Shown in pieces: positions 38,704-53,372 of a DNA stretch of 64,000 bases. The notes beneath the pieces were generated by a model. The model was given only the letters and a program-made list of their open reading frames with translations, was not told the DNA's origin and ran no database searches. The stretch covers positions 33,294,001-33,358,000 of the forward strand of contig OX597836.1 in the NCBI GenBank assembly GCA_951406725.2. The letters are read 5' to 3'. The DNA is from Octopus vulgaris. Its lineage: Eukaryota. The position numbers and the translations under genes were made by a program. Position 1 is the stretch's first letter, and each line of letters begins with the position of its first letter.

Positions 38704-38928
38704 ATTTCGTTATTGCCCACAAGGGGCTAAACATAGAGGGGACAAACAAGAACAAAGGGATTAAGTCGATTACATCAACCCCAGTGCGTAACTGGTACTT
38801 AATTTATCGACCCCGAAAGGATGAAAGGCTAAGTCGACCTCGGCGGAATTTGAACTCGGAACGTAACCACGGACGAAATACAGCTACGCATTTTGCCCGG
38901 CGTGCTAACGTTTCTGCCAGCTCGCCTT
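38704..38928 (-). mobile_element. Meta-domain SINE monomer
   Basis: Full head to tail. Confidence 0.9.
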
Positions 38929-38933
38929 ATATA

Positions 38934-38975
<42 letters not shown>

Positions 38976-40560
38976 CACACACACATATGTATAAACATGC
39001 AGATACACAAATAGTCAATTAGCACATTAAGAAACAAAAAAAAAAAAAGAAGAAGGAGAAAAACAATATGTACAGGACAAATTAACAAAAAAAAAAAGAA
39101 AGAAAGAAGAAAAGAAATAGGAAAGAAAGAGAGGAAAGAAATACAGAAAGAACAAGTGATTCTTATTTGGAAGAAAAATGAAAACAAACTTGACAAGATA
39201 CAAATGAGAAAGATGTTTACTACTACTACTACTACTACTACTACAACTAATAATAATAGTAGCACGAAACAAGAAGAAAAAAAAAAATCTATTGAAAGCA
39301 GATGTTCCCCACCACATTTTCGTTGGTTTGTTTGTTATGTATTAGAACTGCAATGTAAAAGAGTATGTTTCTAATATGTTTATGACGACGACGAAGGTGA
39401 TGATGATGATGATGATGACGACGATGGTAATAAGTGATAAAAAGAAAACAAAATAAAAAGAAATTATAGATAACAGCTGTGAGTTAGTTCATGTGGTTGT
39501 TTTTTAAGAGTAATTATGGTGTCATTCCAAGTCATTAAAGGTATTTTTAGGATACTATCACCAACAAACCACCACCACTAACACCACCACAACAACAATA
39601 ATAATAATAACAAGAAACTCCACCACTGTTCATACTGGCAGCAATATCCTCGCCATCGCCACCAACAATCACTAAGTGAGCCTCAAGGTAGTCATTCCTC
39701 AACTTGCTAGAAATAACAGCCAAATTTTCCTCCCCACCCGTTTCTCATTTTTTCTTTTTTTTTTCTTTTTTGATGTTGTTGTTGTTTTAAAAAGAGTGAG
39801 AAAGACCACATTAGATAATGTAAATCCAAGATATGATGTCTGAATAATAAATAGTTTAAAATGGATGGATCACAGCTGGAATGTCTTTGAATACAAGTTT
39901 TTGTCTTGTCTGGGGAGGTGAGCAGGGGGGAAGAAATAAACAACTACCACCACCTCCTCCTCTACCGTATCCCCACCCCCTAATTTCTCTTGCTCTCTTA
40001 GTTTGAAGATATCACCATAGAGCGAGAAATCCTTTAAAAACAGCAAGTGGCAAATAATGGAAAGATGGACGGGACGGGACGGGGTGGGACGGATAGTGGT
40101 GGCAATGGGGATGGAGGTAGCTGATAGACAAACAGACAGACACAAGCATTTTTGCTGCTAGCAAGTAAGGAGGGGGGAAAAAGAAGAAGAAGAAGAAGAA
40201 GAAGAAGCAAAACCTTATCTGTTTATCATTAAATGCAATCAAAGCATGAAGGATTTACAATGTAACTGGAAAAAGAGAGGAAGACAGACAAGAGAGTCTT
40301 GTAGCCTTTCTGGTTTCTCTACAAGAATTTCCAAAACAGTCACACGTGCATGAAGAAGATGGTAACAAAAAAAAAACAAAAAAAAATTTAAAAAAAAACA
40401 AAACAAAACAAAATAAAAACCCCAGCAAAATATGAAAAGGAAATCAGGGCAGTGACTGATTTCTGTGTTTGTCATTGTGCAGGGGATTAGGGAGGTGCAA
40501 AGTAACCCCCCCCCCGCCCACAAAAAACAGGGGTCTACAAGTAAAGCCTTAATTTAACCC

Positions 40561-40758
40561 TTTTACTCTTTTACTCGTTTCAGCCATTTGACTGCGGCCA
40601 TGCTGGAGCACTGCCTTTAGTCGAGCAAATCGACCCCGGGACTTATTCTTTGTAGGCCCAGTACTTATTCTATCGGTCTCTTTTGCCGAACCGCTAAGTT
40701 ACGGGGACGTAAACACACCAGCATAGGTTGTCAAGCAATGCTAGGGGGACAAACACAG

Positions 40759-40824
<66 letters not shown>

Positions 40825-41131
40825 GACAGGCTTCTTTCAGTTTTTGTCTACCAAATCCACTCACAAGGCATTGGTCGGCCCGGGGCTATAGCAGAAGACA
40901 CTTGCCCAAGATGCCACGCTACCCACAAGGGGCTAAACATAGAGGGGACAAACTAGGACAGACAAACGGATTAAGTCGATTACATTGACCCCAGTGCGTA
41001 ACTGGTACTTAATTTATCAACCCGGAAAGAATGAAAGGCAAAGTCGACCTCGGCGGAATTTGAACCCAGAACACTTAATGGCAGACGAAATACGGCTATG
41101 CATTTTGCCCGGCGTGCTAACGTTTCTGCCA
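40561..41131 (-). mobile_element. Family A SINE (40561-40918) abutting a Meta-SINE (40919-41131)
   Basis: Sequence switches family at GCCACG|CTACCCACAAG. Confidence 0.85.
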
Positions 41132-41482
41132 ATATGCTGTCACTATGCTGATCCTACATTGCCATGGAGATTAGCACATACAAAACCTTTATTATGGTCT
41201 CCAAGCTTGCTAGAAATAGCAGCTAAATATTCCTTGAATTATGCCATTACAAGTAAAAGAAGAAGCCGTGTGGTAAGAAGCTTGCTTCCCACCCACATGG
41301 TTCCAAGTTCAGTCCCAATGCATGGCACTTTGAGCAAGTGTCACAGGCATGTGGCGTAGTGGTCAAGAGCGCAGGCTACTGTAGAGTAGGCATGAAAGGC
41401 CGGATTTGGCCAGTTTGAACATAAAACAAATGGAATATTGGGCCAGATATGACCAGTTTAAACCTTTAGCATTTAGATTACC

Positions 41483-41900
41483 ATGAGTGTAGTGGGTGCT
41501 TTTTACGTGCCACTGGCACAGGTGCCAGGCATCGGCCACGATCAGTTGGTGCTTTTTACGTGCCACCGGCATGGAAGTCAGTCAAGGTGGCGCTGGCACT
41601 GGCAACGTTCGGATGGTGCTTTTTACGTGCCACCAGCACAGGGATCACAACTACAATTTCCATTGATTTTTGATGTACTTGACTCAATAAGTTTCCTCAA
41701 GCACAGGGTCGAAACGGTGTTCCTTTACTTGCCACCTGCACAGGAGTCAGTCCAGTGGCACTGGCAACGGCCAGGTGCCAGTATTAGGATTTGGTTCAAT
41801 TTCGATTTCACTTGTTCCTGAAGGTCTTCGCAAGCAGAGTTTAGTGTCCAGTGAAGGGAGGTTGGCATTGGTGCCAGTCGTCGGATGCGGTTTGATTTCA
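41483..41900 (-). mobile_element. Family C internal tandem units
   Basis: Repeated GGTGCTTTTTACGTGCCAC. Confidence 0.7.
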
Positions 41901-42171
41901 AATTGAATTTTGAAATGCTAAAGGATAATCCTTTAGAATTCAGATGCTTATTTATTCACATTCTTTAGAATTAATCATGCATTATTAATTATCTCATGGC
42001 TGTTAGGTTTTTATGATGCAGTTGTTTATTTCTAGAATGATACTGAATAGTAGGCTTCTGGGTCTGGCCAGAGTGAATATATAACAGTCAAAATATTTGG
42101 GCTTGATATGGCTGGTTTAAATGCTAAAGGGTGAAATCACAACATAACCAAAAAAAAAGTAACAGTTTATA

Positions 42172-42580
42172 GGCGCAGGAGTGGCTGTGTGGTAAGTAGC
42201 TTGCTTACCAACCACATGGTTCTGGGTTCATTCCCACTGCATGGCACCTTGGGCAAGTGTCTTCTACTATAGCCTCAGGCCGACCTAAGCCTTGTGAGTG
42301 GATTTGGGAGACGGAAACTTAAAAAAGCCCGTCGTATATATGTATATGTACGTGTGTGTGTTTGTGTGTCTGTGTCTGTCCCTCCAACATCGCTTGACAA
42401 CCGATGGTGGTGTGCTTATGTCCCCGTAACTTAGCGGTTCGGCAAAAGAGTCCGATAGAATAAGTACTAGGCTTCCAAAGAATAAGTCCGGGGGGGGGGG
42501 GGGAAGTTGCTTGAGTAAAGGCGGTGCTCCAGCATGGCTGCAGTCAAATGACTGAAACAAGTAAAAGAGTAGAAAAAGAG
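42172..42580 (+). mobile_element. Family A SINE, full length
   Basis: Match to family A. Confidence 0.9.
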
Positions 42581-43262
42581 TTACATACGGGGGCTAATGC
42601 TAGCTAGCTACTGCTAAACTATACGCTTACAAATCCAGGGTCCCGGGTCGCAAAGCGAAACTAGCATCATTATGATGTGAGACAAAGAGAACAAAAAAAA
42701 AAAAAAGAAACAACCAAAAGTATACTCTTGTAACCTTTTATGGAACTGTGACAAATTAGAACTTGTTATACCACAAAATATCACATAATTAATTAAAAAG
42801 TCAATTGTTTTTTTTTCCTCCTTCTAAATATAAACTCCTAATGAGAAGAACTCCATGTAGGTGGTCCTGGGTTAGCAAATAACCAAGGACTTTCCAAAGG
42901 GCAAAAAAACGGGGGGGAAATGTCATTATATATATATATATATATATACACACACATACACACATATATATACGTATGTGTGTATGAGTATGTATATGTA
43001 TATATATATGTATGTATATGTGTGTATGTATATATATATATGTATGAATATGTGTGTATATATATATATGTATGTATATGTGTGTATATATATATGTATG
43101 TATGTGTGTGTGTGTATATATATATATATGTATGCATCCAGACAATTTTACGTAGACACAGAAATATGCCAAGATTTATGTAGAAGCATGTATATGCATG
43201 CAAGCATGTTTATTACATATATAGATGCAAACACACCCATGCATATGTATATATATGCACGT

Positions 43263-43303
<41 letters not shown>

Positions 43304-43798
43304 ATGAATAGAAGAGGGGTGGCAGGAGACAAAATATAGGGTAAAAAACCCAACAATATGGTAGAAATGAGAACAGAACAGACCATAATGATAATTCAAG
43401 ACTCAAAGAGCGATAGGAGCACGCATAGGCATTTCCCATCAGGCAGTCACAAACCTACACATGCGTTGTGTGAAAACACACGCAGACACACACACACACA
43501 CATACATACGCACAAATGCAAACACGTACGCACATATATTTTAACAAAGCCACAAAGGACTTAACAAAGCAAGAGTTTGATAAACAGAGAAACTGCAAAA
43601 ATAGTGGACCGACCCATAGCAGAGGGGGTTGAAGCAGGGTGGCGGCGGCGGCGGTGAGGTGTGATGTGTGTGTGTGGGGGTGGGGGGGGACTGTGTTTAC
43701 CGAGACTTCAAAATTGATAAAGCAGCCAAAACAATGAAGTTATAATTCCAAATAGGCTTTAGAATTCAGAAGAAAAAACAAAAACACCCCAATAGAGC

Positions 43799-44257
<459 letters not shown>

Positions 44258-44258
44258 A

Positions 44259-44497
44259 GGCACATAAAAACACCATCCGAGCGTGGCCGTCTGCCAACCT
44301 CGTCTGGCACCTGTGTCGGTGGCACATAAAATCACCCACTACACTCTCGGAGTGGTTGGCGTTAGGAAGGGCATCCAGCTGTAGAAACACTGCCACATCT
44401 GACTGGCCTGGTGCAGCCTTCGGGCTTCCCAGACCCCAGTTGAACCGTCCAACCCATGCTAGCATGGAAAGCGGACGTTAAACGATGATGATGATGA
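44259..44497 (+). mobile_element. V-domain SINE (family C)
   Basis: Family C match with (GAT)n tail. Confidence 0.85.
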
Positions 44498-44535
44498 TAT
44501 ATATATGTATATATATATATGTATATGTATGTATG

Positions 44536-44566
<31 letters not shown>

Positions 44567-45020
44567 GTATATATATGTATATATATATATGTATATATAT
44601 ATGTATATATATATATATGTATAATGTATATATGTAGATAAATACATATATGTATATGCATACACACATACATACAAGTATGAATGTGTGTGTATATATT
44701 TATATATATATATGTGAATAAATACCTACAAAACGATAAAAATTCCTAACTTTGGCACGTTACTGGAGATTTTGCAGGTATGGAAGGGAAACAGGTGTTA
44801 TTTTGACATTTCGTAGGATGATTCCACGAATTCTGCCAATCTGCTTATCTCTCAAATATTGAAGATTTTAAACAGAAAAGCAGGAATGGTTTCTACTGGA
44901 GAAAATGACAGTTGATTAAATTCCGTTTCTTCTTGTAATTGTTGCCTTTCGGTGCAACAACTGTTTCTGTAAATCAACTGCATTTATATCAATAATAATA
45001 ATAATAATAATGATAATAAT

Positions 45021-45581
45021 AAATGCCCTTATGCAGTACCAGACAGTGGCTCTCATGGCTTCTGATCTTAACTGATTGGAAGTGTTATCATGTACATTGT
45101 TTTGTCTTGGTATAAAAGATGAGCTACAGCAAATATTCTGCTCAATACCACAGATTTGCTTGTCAGTTGTTTGACCGTAACCAGTTGAGCATGTCCCTTA
45201 GTGGCTGACGAAATGTGCAATCTCTGATCACGAGCAGAAGTAGTGGGGGAGCATCATAGCCATGTGTTGAGAGGGATTCTTTGGGGTTTGAATAATTCAC
45301 CTCTGGAAACATGGGTGGTTCTTTCAACATCCTTAAACAAGCCTTATTCAGGGACCTTTTGAGCGGGGATGGGCTACTCAACCTGAAGAAAATTCTAACT
45401 GGGCCCCACCTGCAAGGTCATGTGCTGTTTATCTTGATATGAGATCACCATGTCGCGCACATATGGTTGTGATGCATGTGCCTGGTGTATCCTTATCAGA
45501 CGGGTAGTCATGATGGGTATACTGGACTTTGTATATTTGTACTCCAGTGTCACTTTGATGGCATGCACTGGTCTCTCACTC
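45021..45581. mobile_element. Probable (AAT)n-targeted retroelement segment (Dong/R4-like behaviour)
   Basis: 561-bp complex sequence bracketed on both sides by (AAT)n; family assignment is inference. Confidence 0.5.
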
Positions 45582-45635
<54 letters not shown>

Positions 45636-45847
45636 CCTTTCTACTGAAAGCACAAGGCTGGACATTTGCAGAGAGGGGTCTAGTAGATTACATTAGTGCC
45701 AGTGTTTTATTGGTACTTAATTTACTGACCCTGAACAGATGGAAGGCAAATTCAACTCCAGCGGAATTTGAACTCAGAACACAATGATGGACGAAATACT
45801 AGTAAGCATTTCGCTTGGTGTGCTAACGATTCTGCCAGCTTGCTATA

Positions 45848-46078
45848 TTAACCCTTTCCTTACCGTATTTATTTTGGGACACTGTGTTTCTTTCAATTAA
45901 TTTCAAATATAACAAAGAATTTAGTAAAAATAACTTAGTTGTCATTCAGCTAGTTTTAGGAACATAAATTGTGACTAAGGTTTATGGTGGAAGATTTTAA
46001 TTTAAAACTTACGAAAACAAGGTATTTGTACAACAGAGCCAGAGCCGGTTTCAGCCAGGTTGGTAATGAAAGGGTTAA
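45848..46078. mobile_element. piggyBac-type MITE, second family
   Basis: TTAA-CCCTTTCCTTACC...GGTAATGAAAGGG-TTAA. Confidence 0.8.
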
Positions 46079-46571
46079 TAATAATTATTTCTACTCTAGG
46101 TACAAGGCCTTGAAAAGCAAAAGGATGAAAAGCAAAATCAGCCTCAGTGGAATTTGAACTCAGAACAAAGCAGCAGACGAAAAACAGGTGAACATTTCGA
46201 CTGGTGTGCTAACAATTCTGCCAGCTTGCTACCTTAATAATAGCAATGGTTTCAAATTTCGACATGAAACCAGCAAGTGGCGGCAGGAGGGAATCAATCA
46301 CATCGACCCGAGTGTTTAACTGGTACTTTACTTCAAAACCCTGAAAGGGTAAAAGGCAAAAGTCGACCTTAGTGGAATTTGATCTCAAAACGCTGCTATG
46401 CATTTTCGGCCAGTGTGTTAACAATGCAGCTAAACTGTTGCCTTACTAATGATGGTGACGATGATGATGATAACGATGATGGTGATAATCCTTTGTGATA
46501 GGCATGAAACCTTAAAATTCAAGGGAGGGTGCTAGTTGACTAAATCTACTTAAGTCTGTAACTCTCTCTTT

Positions 46572-47012
46572 ACTCTTTTACTTGTTTCAGTCATTTGACT
46601 GTGGCCATGCTGGAGCACCGCCTTTAGTTGAGCAAATCGACCCCCCAGGACTTATTCTTTGTAAGCCTAGTACTTATTCTATCGGTTTCTTTAGCCGAAC
46701 CGCTAAGTTACGGGGGATGTAAACACACCAGCATCGGTTGTCAAGTGATGTTGGGGGGGGGGGGGACAAACACAGACACAAACAAAAATATATATATATA
46801 TACATACATATTTATATATATGGCTCTCTTCAGCCCGAAGCTATAGTAGAAGACACTTGCCCAAGATACCACTTAGTGGGACTCAACCCGGAACCATGTG
46901 GTTGATAAGCAAGCTGCTTACCACACATCCACTTTTCTTTTATTTCTCTTTTTTTTCTTTTATTTGTTTGTCATTTGACAAACACAGACACACAAACATA
47001 CACGCATACACG

Positions 47013-47076
<64 letters not shown>

Positions 47077-47236
47077 TACGACGGGCTTCTTTCAGTTTCC
47101 GTCTACCAAATCCACTCACAAGGCTTTGGTTGGCCCAAGGCTATAGTAAAAGACAATTGTCCAAGATGCTACACAGTGGGACTGAACCTGGAACCATGTG
47201 GTTGGTAAGCAAGCTACTTACCACACAGCGACTCCT
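46572..47236 (-). mobile_element. Two family A SINEs
   Basis: Match to family A. Confidence 0.85.
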
Positions 47237-47862
47237 TACTTATTTCATCGACCCCTGTGAAGATGAAAGGTAAAATCGACCTTGGTGGAATATGAATTCC
47301 CTATGTAATGAGTCGAAAGAAATGCTGCTAAGCATTTTGTGTCGGGCAATAATGATTATACCAGCTCACTGCCTTAATAATTATGGTAACGACTGTTTTT
47401 TTTTTGTTTTTAGTTATAAAGGTTAAAAAATTACGATAAAATCCAGGCAAACTTGTGTTATGGAAGTATTGCATTCTTGAAAATTTTGCTGTAAAGTGAA
47501 ATTCCTTTGATGTGAATTATATTCTATAAGGAAGTAAACGAGAAAAAAGGTTTCGAGTTAGGGAACTTTATTCATGCCACAAGCAAAATTTTCAGGAATG
47601 TAGGGCTTATGTAATGTTGTAATGTTTGGGTACAAAAGACCCCCCCACCCACAAAAACAGCAACAATACAAAATACAACAATAAAAAAAATATTAAAAAA
47701 GACCCTAAAACGTAAAATGAAAATAATCCTGTTACACAGCGAAAACCTTACAAAAACACAGGACGGGGAAAAAAAATCAAGTTTATATAAAGATGAAGGG
47801 TAGAAAAAGGAGATTTTATGCAATTAACAATCAACATCATCGTCGTTTTAATGTCCACAATA

Positions 47863-48260
47863 GGCGCAGGCATGGTTGTGTGGTAAGAAGCTAGCTTCCC
47901 AAACACATGGTTCCAGGTTCAGTCCCACTGCATGGCACCTTGGGCAAGTGTCTTCTTCTACAGCTTCGAGCTGACCAAAGCCTTCTGAGTGGATTTGGGA
48001 GTTAGAAACTGAAAGAATATATATTTGTGTGTGTGCGACCCCCCCCCCCCACCCGTCGTCACTTGGCAACCAATGTTAGTGTGTTTACATCCCTGTAACT
48101 TAGAAGTTCAGCAAAAGAGACCAATAGAATAAGTACTAGGCTTACAAAGAATAAAAAACAAAAATAATCCCAGGGTTGATTTCTTTGACTGAAAAATCCC
48201 TTTAAGGTGGTGCTCCAGCATGGTCATAATCAAATGACTGAAGCAAAAAGAATAAAAGAA
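47863..48260 (+). mobile_element. Family A SINE
   Basis: Match to family A. Confidence 0.85.
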
Positions 48261-48384
48261 TATTGCCTGTAAGGTAATATTTCTCCATGACCAGGTGTGT
48301 TTACCTGGAAAATTGGAAATGGAAAACACAGTTTGCATGATGGTGACTTTCTGGTCAGTGGGGAACCATTACCTTATTTTACCT

Positions 48385-48755
48385 GAAACAACGATGACGA
48401 CTTGAAACGACGACGTCGACTTGAAACGACAGTGATGACTTGAAACGACGGTGACGACTTGAAATGACGGTGATGACTTGAAACGACGGTGACGACTTGA
48501 AATGACGATGACTTGAAACGACGAAGACTTGAAACGACGATGATGACTTGAAATGACGGCGATGACTTGAAACGATGATGATGACTTGAAACGATGATGA
48601 TGACTTGAAATGACGACGATGACGACTTGAAACGATGATGACAACTTGAAACGACGACGATGACTTGAAATGAGGACGATGACTTGAAATGACGACGACG
48701 AAGACGACTTAAAACGATGATGACGACTTAAAATGACAATGATTACGATGACTTA
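48385..48755. repeat. Minisatellite GACTTGAAA(Y)(GAC/GAT)n, ~16-25 bp unit
   Basis: Constant GACTTGAAA anchor, about 18 units. Confidence 0.9.
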
Positions 48756-49409
48756 TTTGCTTTCTTTTACTGATTCGCAAGTTGCTGGATTGTTGTTGCA
48801 TGTGGTAGACATCGGAGGGGATACCACAATCAAGGATTTAGCTAACTGATTACAATCAAGTCCACTGCCCCACCACCGTCGACACACACACACACACACA
48901 CACACACCATACTTAATTATTTATTTGCTACTTATTTTATTGATGACATCAGAAAAGGTAGAAAGGCAAAGTTGACTTGGGTGGGGAATTCTGAACTTAG
49001 AAATGGAATGAAATGGTGCTTGACATTTCGTCTGGCGCCCTTCTGAGTCAGCACTCTGCTGCCAAGATAATAGTAATAATGAAAACGATGATGATGATTG
49101 CTTTCATTTACCACAGTGGCATCAGACGAAAAGGAGATTATAAAGATAGACTACGTAGATGGGGGGGGGCATTTACATGGAGCTCATATGAGAAAGAAAC
49201 CAAATAAAATACGTGTAGATATAGCATACAAATAATTTCATTAACCTTCTAATACAGGATGACTTTCCAAGTAGGGGGTCATTCAAGACAGCCCCCAGAT
49301 CCAGAACCATCCCAAGCTGGACAAGTGCCCCTCCAATTCCTCTGCCCCTCGCCCCCCCCCCTCTGAATCCTGACAATAGCAAATGGCCAAACATTATGAG
49401 AATGAGATA

Positions 49410-49678
49410 TTCTTTGTAAGCCTAGTACTTATTCTATCGGTTTCTTTTGCGGAACCGCTAAGTTACGGGGACGTAAACACACCAGAATTGGTTGTCAAGC
49501 AATGTTGGGGGGGACAAACACAGACACACACATATTTATATATACATATATACAACGGGCTTCTTTCAGTTTCCGTCTACCAAATCCACTCACAAGGCTT
49601 TGGTCAGCCCGAGGCTATAGTACAAGACACTTGCCCAAGATGCCACACAGTGGAACTGAACCCGGAACCATGTGGTTC
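49410..49678 (-). mobile_element. Family A SINE, truncated
   Basis: Match to family A. Confidence 0.85.
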
Positions 49679-50038
49679 CTGTATTTCCTAGCAACATGCA
49701 AGAATTTTGCAGACAAAAATTTACTGGAAAAAACTAGAAAATTTTTTTAAAAACGCTACATTAACTTATGCTACAAGACCTGTTTGGAGGACCAAGTATT
49801 TCCATGTGAAATGCAGCAGGATTTGGAAAGACAGATTATGCTACATGTCTAGACTATATATTACATCAACTTGTATGCTGACAAATATGATATGATAATA
49901 TATATATATATATATAGTTGAAAATGTTGGAGTCAACACAGGGTGAAATCTGAAGGTGGATGAGCTTTATACTGTACTCTCTACTACATTCTTAACAGAA
50001 TATAACATAACACTATATATATATATATATATATATGT

Positions 50039-50324
50039 GGAAGCGCAATGGCCCAGTGGTTAGGGCAGTCGACTCGCAGTTTTGATTCCCAGACCGGGCG
50101 TTGTGAGTGTTTATTGGGCGGAGACACCTAAAGCTGCATGAGGCTCCGGCAGGGGATGGTGGCGATCCCTGCTGTACTCTTTCGCCACAACTTTCTCCTG
50201 TTGGCCTGCTCACTTAGCCAGCGGGGTGGCGTCGTTCGAAGGCTAAAACAATGCGAAGCGCATTGTGACCAGCGATGTGTAGCAACATCTGATAGCCTGG
50301 TCGGTCGCGGTGATCACGGTGATA
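50039..50324 (+). mobile_element. tRNA-derived SINE (family D)
   Basis: TGGCCCAGTGG A box; homologous to 24722-24958. Confidence 0.85.
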
Positions 50325-50933
50325 TTCCAGTGTAATGTCAACTGTCAATAGCTGTTACATTAATATTAATTGTTTACTGTCATCACCAAAATTGACAGGC
50401 ACAAATATATAATAAAGTTAATAATAATTACTAACAATGGCATTTCCTAAACTGATACAAGGCCACACACTTGTCGAACGAAGCGCGATATAAATGATTG
50501 GTGTTTACTTTACCGACACTGTAGTTGATTCTGACTATAATGAACTCTAGTGGGATTTGATCTCAGTATGCTGAGGTGCAGAACTAAATAGTGCAAGGCT
50601 CAGCACTTTACAGTTTCTGCGTGCCCCTCCACCGCCCTTCTCGTAAACCATGACAACAGCAGCACAACCAACAACAACAACTGCAACATACAAGTCTGTT
50701 CTTACTCTATGAAAGGACTCCTTGTTCTCTCTTTCTCTCTCTCTCCCACCCTCCCTTTCTTCCTCCGTCTGTCCCCCCCTCCCTCCCGCCGACACTTTCT
50801 CCTATCACAACACCCCAACTGTGCAAAGTTCCGATGACATAACGGGTGTGGCTAACATTCTGTGTAGTAGAGCGTTCATAATTGAAGCAGAGCTGTTCTG
50901 TTATTGCCGGATCTCAAGATACACAGTACATAT

Positions 50934-51016
<83 letters not shown>

Positions 51017-52510
51017 TAGACAATACATAAACACACATATATAAACGCATGCTCACACACATTGACATTCGCAAACAAGAAAATATTCATACACACGGTC
51101 CTTGAATTTTTAGCGCCAACTGACACACAAAAAGAAAGAAAAAAATAAATGCTTTTGGCTTTCATTCATCCACCCCAAAGGTCAACAAGGAGGTCTAAAT
51201 AAGTTGATAAGAGACCCAAAGAAGAAACAGGAGTGTATTGAGAAGGCCATTTACTATTAAGAACAAACTACCATATGCAAAAAAAAAAAAAAAAAAAAAA
51301 AAAGGTCACCTGATTTCTCTTAATGGTTATAATGATTATAATTATTCAGACAATTAACTACATCTTTTGAGATCTACTTGTTTCAGTCATTGAACTGTGG
51401 CCACACTGAGGGGGTTCCGCCTTGAAGGGTTTAAGCTGAACAAATCAACCACAGAGCTTCTTTTCTTTCATTCTTTTTTTGAAGTCTGAAACATTAATCT
51501 ATCAGTCACTTTAGCCAAACTGCTAAGTCACAGGGATATAAACAAACCAACAACACGTCGTCAATCAAATGGTTATGAGGGACAAATACAATACAAGCAC
51601 GGAGGGACAAATACAATACACACACACATGATGGACTTCTTTCAGTTTTTGTTACTCACAAGGCTTTGGTCAGCCTGAGGCTATAATAAAAGGTATTTGC
51701 CCAAGGTGCCACGCAGTGGGACTGAACCTGAAAACATGTGGTTGGGAAACAAACTTCTTATCGCACACAAAATTTCAAAATGATTTACAATTGCACTAAT
51801 TTCTGATTGATTTGATCTCTGATCATCATGATGAAGATCAGAGAGGATTTCTAAACAAAAGGTAGTCCTAAGACAGGGTTTCTCAAAGTGAGGTCCTTTA
51901 ACCCTCGTGATACACCTGAGAAAACCCTTCGGTCTATGATACAAACCTCCTGTTTTCCTAAATAAAAATCTACTATCAAATTTTCATGTTAATTTATATT
52001 CTAAACACTAATTTAACCTTATATTTATGAATTCGTTTTGTAAGATCCCTGCTGTGAAATCAATCATGGAAAGAGCAAATGGACTAAACAGAACAGGAAG
52101 AAACACATGGATGAAAGAGTTGCTGAAGAGGTCACAGATGTGGGATGAATAAAGGAGTGAAGAATGAATAGTGTGTTTGGCAAGAAAATTAAATGACCAT
52201 CCCGAAAAATTTCAATACTAACATAACTATTTACCATTTAAACTGACCATATCCGGCCCAAAATATTCTCCGTTTCACATTCAACTTGATCCAGCCTCTT
52301 ACACCTACCCTACAATGTAATTCCAAAAAAGACACACATTATCTCATAGCTTCAAGATTTCAATGATGTATGAGTAACCTGAATGCTAAAGGGTTGATAA
52401 CGAAGATGAAGAAATTTCTTCACTAAATTCTTCATATTCAAAAAAATATTAACAGAAATGAAGTTTGTGTATTTCAACAGAAATATGGTAACAAAAAGAC
52501 TGAAATACCC

Positions 52511-52737
52511 ATTTCTTTACTACCCACAAGGGGCTAAACATAGAGGACAAAGGACAGACAAACAGATTAAGTTGATTATATCGACCTCAGTGCGTAACTG
52601 GTACTTATTTAATTGACCCTGAAATGATGAAAGGCAAAGTCGACCTCAGCGGAATTTGAACTCAGAACGTAGCGGCAGACGAAATACCGCTAAGCATTTC
52701 GCCTGGCGTGCTAACATTTCTGCCAGCTCGCTGCCTT
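52511..52737 (-). mobile_element. Meta-domain SINE
   Basis: Full head to tail, extending into the multimer junction. Confidence 0.9.
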
Positions 52738-52929
52738 TAAAAAGACTGAGGTACCTTTAGTTGTCAATCTAATAAAATCTTTATTTCATATAAAAATGGT
52801 ATTCCTCATTACAAAATAACAAATAATTATATGATTGCTTTTTCTTTCACATGATAGAACTCTATCTCTAAGACAAGTGCTGCTGCATTAGTGCTTTCTT
52901 TTTAAAATTAGAGTTAGTGTTAGGGTACA

Positions 52930-53169
52930 TTAACCCTTTAGCATTTAAACTAGTCATATCCGGCATAAATATTGCTTCCTGTTTCAAGTTCAAACTGGCC
53001 AGATCTAGCCTCTCACACCTACTCTACAATGTCTTCCTAAAAATAGGCAAATAATATCACTGAAATCTCAAAGCTATCAAAGCTATGAGGCAATATATAA
53101 CTAATTCAAAACAATATCAATAAATAAGCTTTACATTTGGCAGAGCAATTCCAACACTAATAGGGTTAA
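52930..53169. mobile_element. piggyBac-type MITE, intact termini
   Basis: TTAA-CCCTTTAGCATT...AACACTAATAGGG-TTAA. Confidence 0.8.
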
Positions 53170-53315
53170 GGCAGAAGTCCCCTACCACGTGGCCAGTTCC
53201 AGGCTGTGGACCGTTTGGTACCAAGACACACAAAGAATTTTATTTCTATTTTATTGACAATCACTCTGCAGAGTGTTTTGGCATTAAAATATAATATATA
53301 GGAAATACATCTGAA

Positions 53316-53372
<57 letters not shown>

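Noticed and set aside
48385-48755. CRISPR-like repeat/spacer appearance
   Set aside because: The spacers are only GAC/GAT triplets, the context is eukaryotic and there are no cas genes.
50430-50640. GCTGAG...CTCAGC hairpin as a possible ncRNA
   Set aside because: The region aligns loosely with an old antisense Meta-SINE.
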